Assembly (NCBI GenBank): GCA_028286685.1
Contig: JAQBRA010000005.1
Location: 16,726-80,725, forward strand
From: Candidatus Adlerbacteria bacterium
GTDB taxonomy: Bacteria > Patescibacteriota > Minisyncoccia > Phycocordibacterales > SBAW01
Direction: 5' to 3'
DNA: 64,000 nt
Shown piece after piece: positions 62,972 to 64,000 of the stretch (position 1 is its first letter; every line of letters begins with the position of its first letter). The notes below the pieces were generated by a model that saw only the letters and a list, made by a program, of their open reading frames with translations, was not told the DNA's origin and did not search any database. The position numbers and the translations under genes were made by a program.

Positions 62972-63218
62972 AACTATTCTATATAAAAACTATTACTACT
63001 ATTAGCCCTGTGGATACACTGGATAACCTAAACGGACCTTACGCTACAACCTCTTTTTAGGCTTTCTTATCCTTTTGTTTCTGAGGATAACTGAAGAACT
63101 TCTGTGTGGATAGTACTCCTGTCCCGCTTTCTATCAACATCTCCTTTTCCTTATACCCCCACTTATCCCTGACTTATTCCACCCCTTACTCCACACCTAT
63201 CCCCACCTTTATCCCCAA
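62972..63218. other. Probable replication origin (oriC) between dnaA and dnaN
   Basis: AT-rich stretch next to dnaN plus many DnaA-box-like 9-mers (tgtggatac, tgaggataa, tgtggatag, ctatcaaca, ttatccctg, ctatcccca, ttatcccca). Confidence 0.75.
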
Positions 63219-64000
63219 CTATTTGAGCATAAGGCGGATCTGGTGGAGTTCGTTGGAGAGGACCGAGTCGGAGCGCAGATCGTTTTTTATCTTCTCGCAG
63301 GAGTGTATGACGGTAGTATGGTCGCGTCCGCCAAGTTTGTCTCCGATTGTAGGGAATGAGATGCGGAAATCCTCGCGCAATAGGAACATAATCACCTGTC
63401 GGGGACGTACTACCTCCTTGCGGCGGGTTTTTTCGTAGATGCTCACCTCCTCTACCCCGTAGAAATTGGCTATGGTCTTAACTACCTCCTGTACCGATAC
63501 CGCCTTCTTGGCTGCCGCATTACTGCCTCTCAGAAGCGTTTTAACATCATTTATGGTCAGGGGCTCGCCGCGCATCTCAAACTGGATCATGAGGGTGTTT
63601 AGCGCCCCCTCAAGCTCGCGGACGTTGCCTTCTATAGTGGTGGCCAGGAATTCCATAACCTCGTCCGGAAGCACGAAGTTATGCATCGCGGCCTTGGTGC
63701 GCACAATGGCTAGGCGCGATTGATGATCCGGAGGCGTAACCGAGACGATCATGCCGGCGTTAAAGCGCGACTTAAGGCGATCCTCGAGGCCCTGTATGAC
63801 GTTGGGGTGCTGGTCGGAAGAGAATACCAGCTGCTTATTGCCGTCGTGGAGGTAGTTAAACAGATGGAAGAACTCTTCCTTTATCTTGTCGCGTCCGGCC
63901 AAAAACTGGACGTCATCCATAATGAGGAGATCATATTGGCGGTACTTCTCCTTGAAGCTCTGCACTTTTCCGGCCTGGAGCGCCGAAACATAGTCCATAG
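63219..64000 (-). CDS. dnaA: Chromosomal replication initiator DnaA, C-terminal part
   Basis: LIMDDVQF, EEFFHLFN, RLKSRF, NVRELEGAL, GGRDHTTVIHS. Confidence 0.97.
   Translation of the reverse strand, partial: MDYVSALQAGKVQSFKEKYRQYDLLIMDDVQFLAGRDKIKEEFFHLFNYLHDGNKQLVFSSDQHPNVIQGLEDRLKSRFNAGMIVSVTPPDHQSRLAIVRTKAAMHNFVLPDEVMEFLATTIEGNVRELEGALNTLMIQFEMRGEPLTINDVKTLLRGSNAAAKKAVSVQEVVKTIANFYGVEEVSIYEKTRRKEVVRPRQVIMFLLREDFRISFPTIGDKLGGRDHTTVIHSCEKIKNDLRSDSVLSNELHQIRLMLK

Overview
This 64-kb window is a gene-dense chromosomal segment of a Candidate Phyla Radiation (Patescibacteria, Parcubacteria-like) bacterium. That assignment is inferred from the trimmed HolA, YebC and PolA, a His-phosphatase-containing IleRS, DUF2914/DUF475/SIMPL genes and tRNA genes that mostly lack CCA. 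The window ends at dnaA-oriC-dnaN. It carries translation genes (efp, rpsF/ssb/rpsR, rplK, rplS, rpsT, five aaRS), a glyA-dcd-tmk/thyA-folA thymidylate cluster, ruvABC, polA, pilB, murE, a PBP, several large surface proteins and 8 tRNAs. Highlights: (1) an integron-like array beside dnaN in which single co-oriented accessory genes are separated by a 28-bp direct repeat that decays in one direction, with no recombinase in view; (2) a covarying structured element behind four different tRNA genes; (3) a 93-bp palindromic element inserted in frame in polA; (4) two free-standing structured ncRNA candidates; (5) two unannotated micro-genes with their own promoter and terminator; (6) pervasive leaderless-gene architecture; (7) a pair of modular surface proteins sharing a C-terminal P-x-[LF]-E-E-[VI] tail. 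All calls were made by eye; no searches or folding programs were run.
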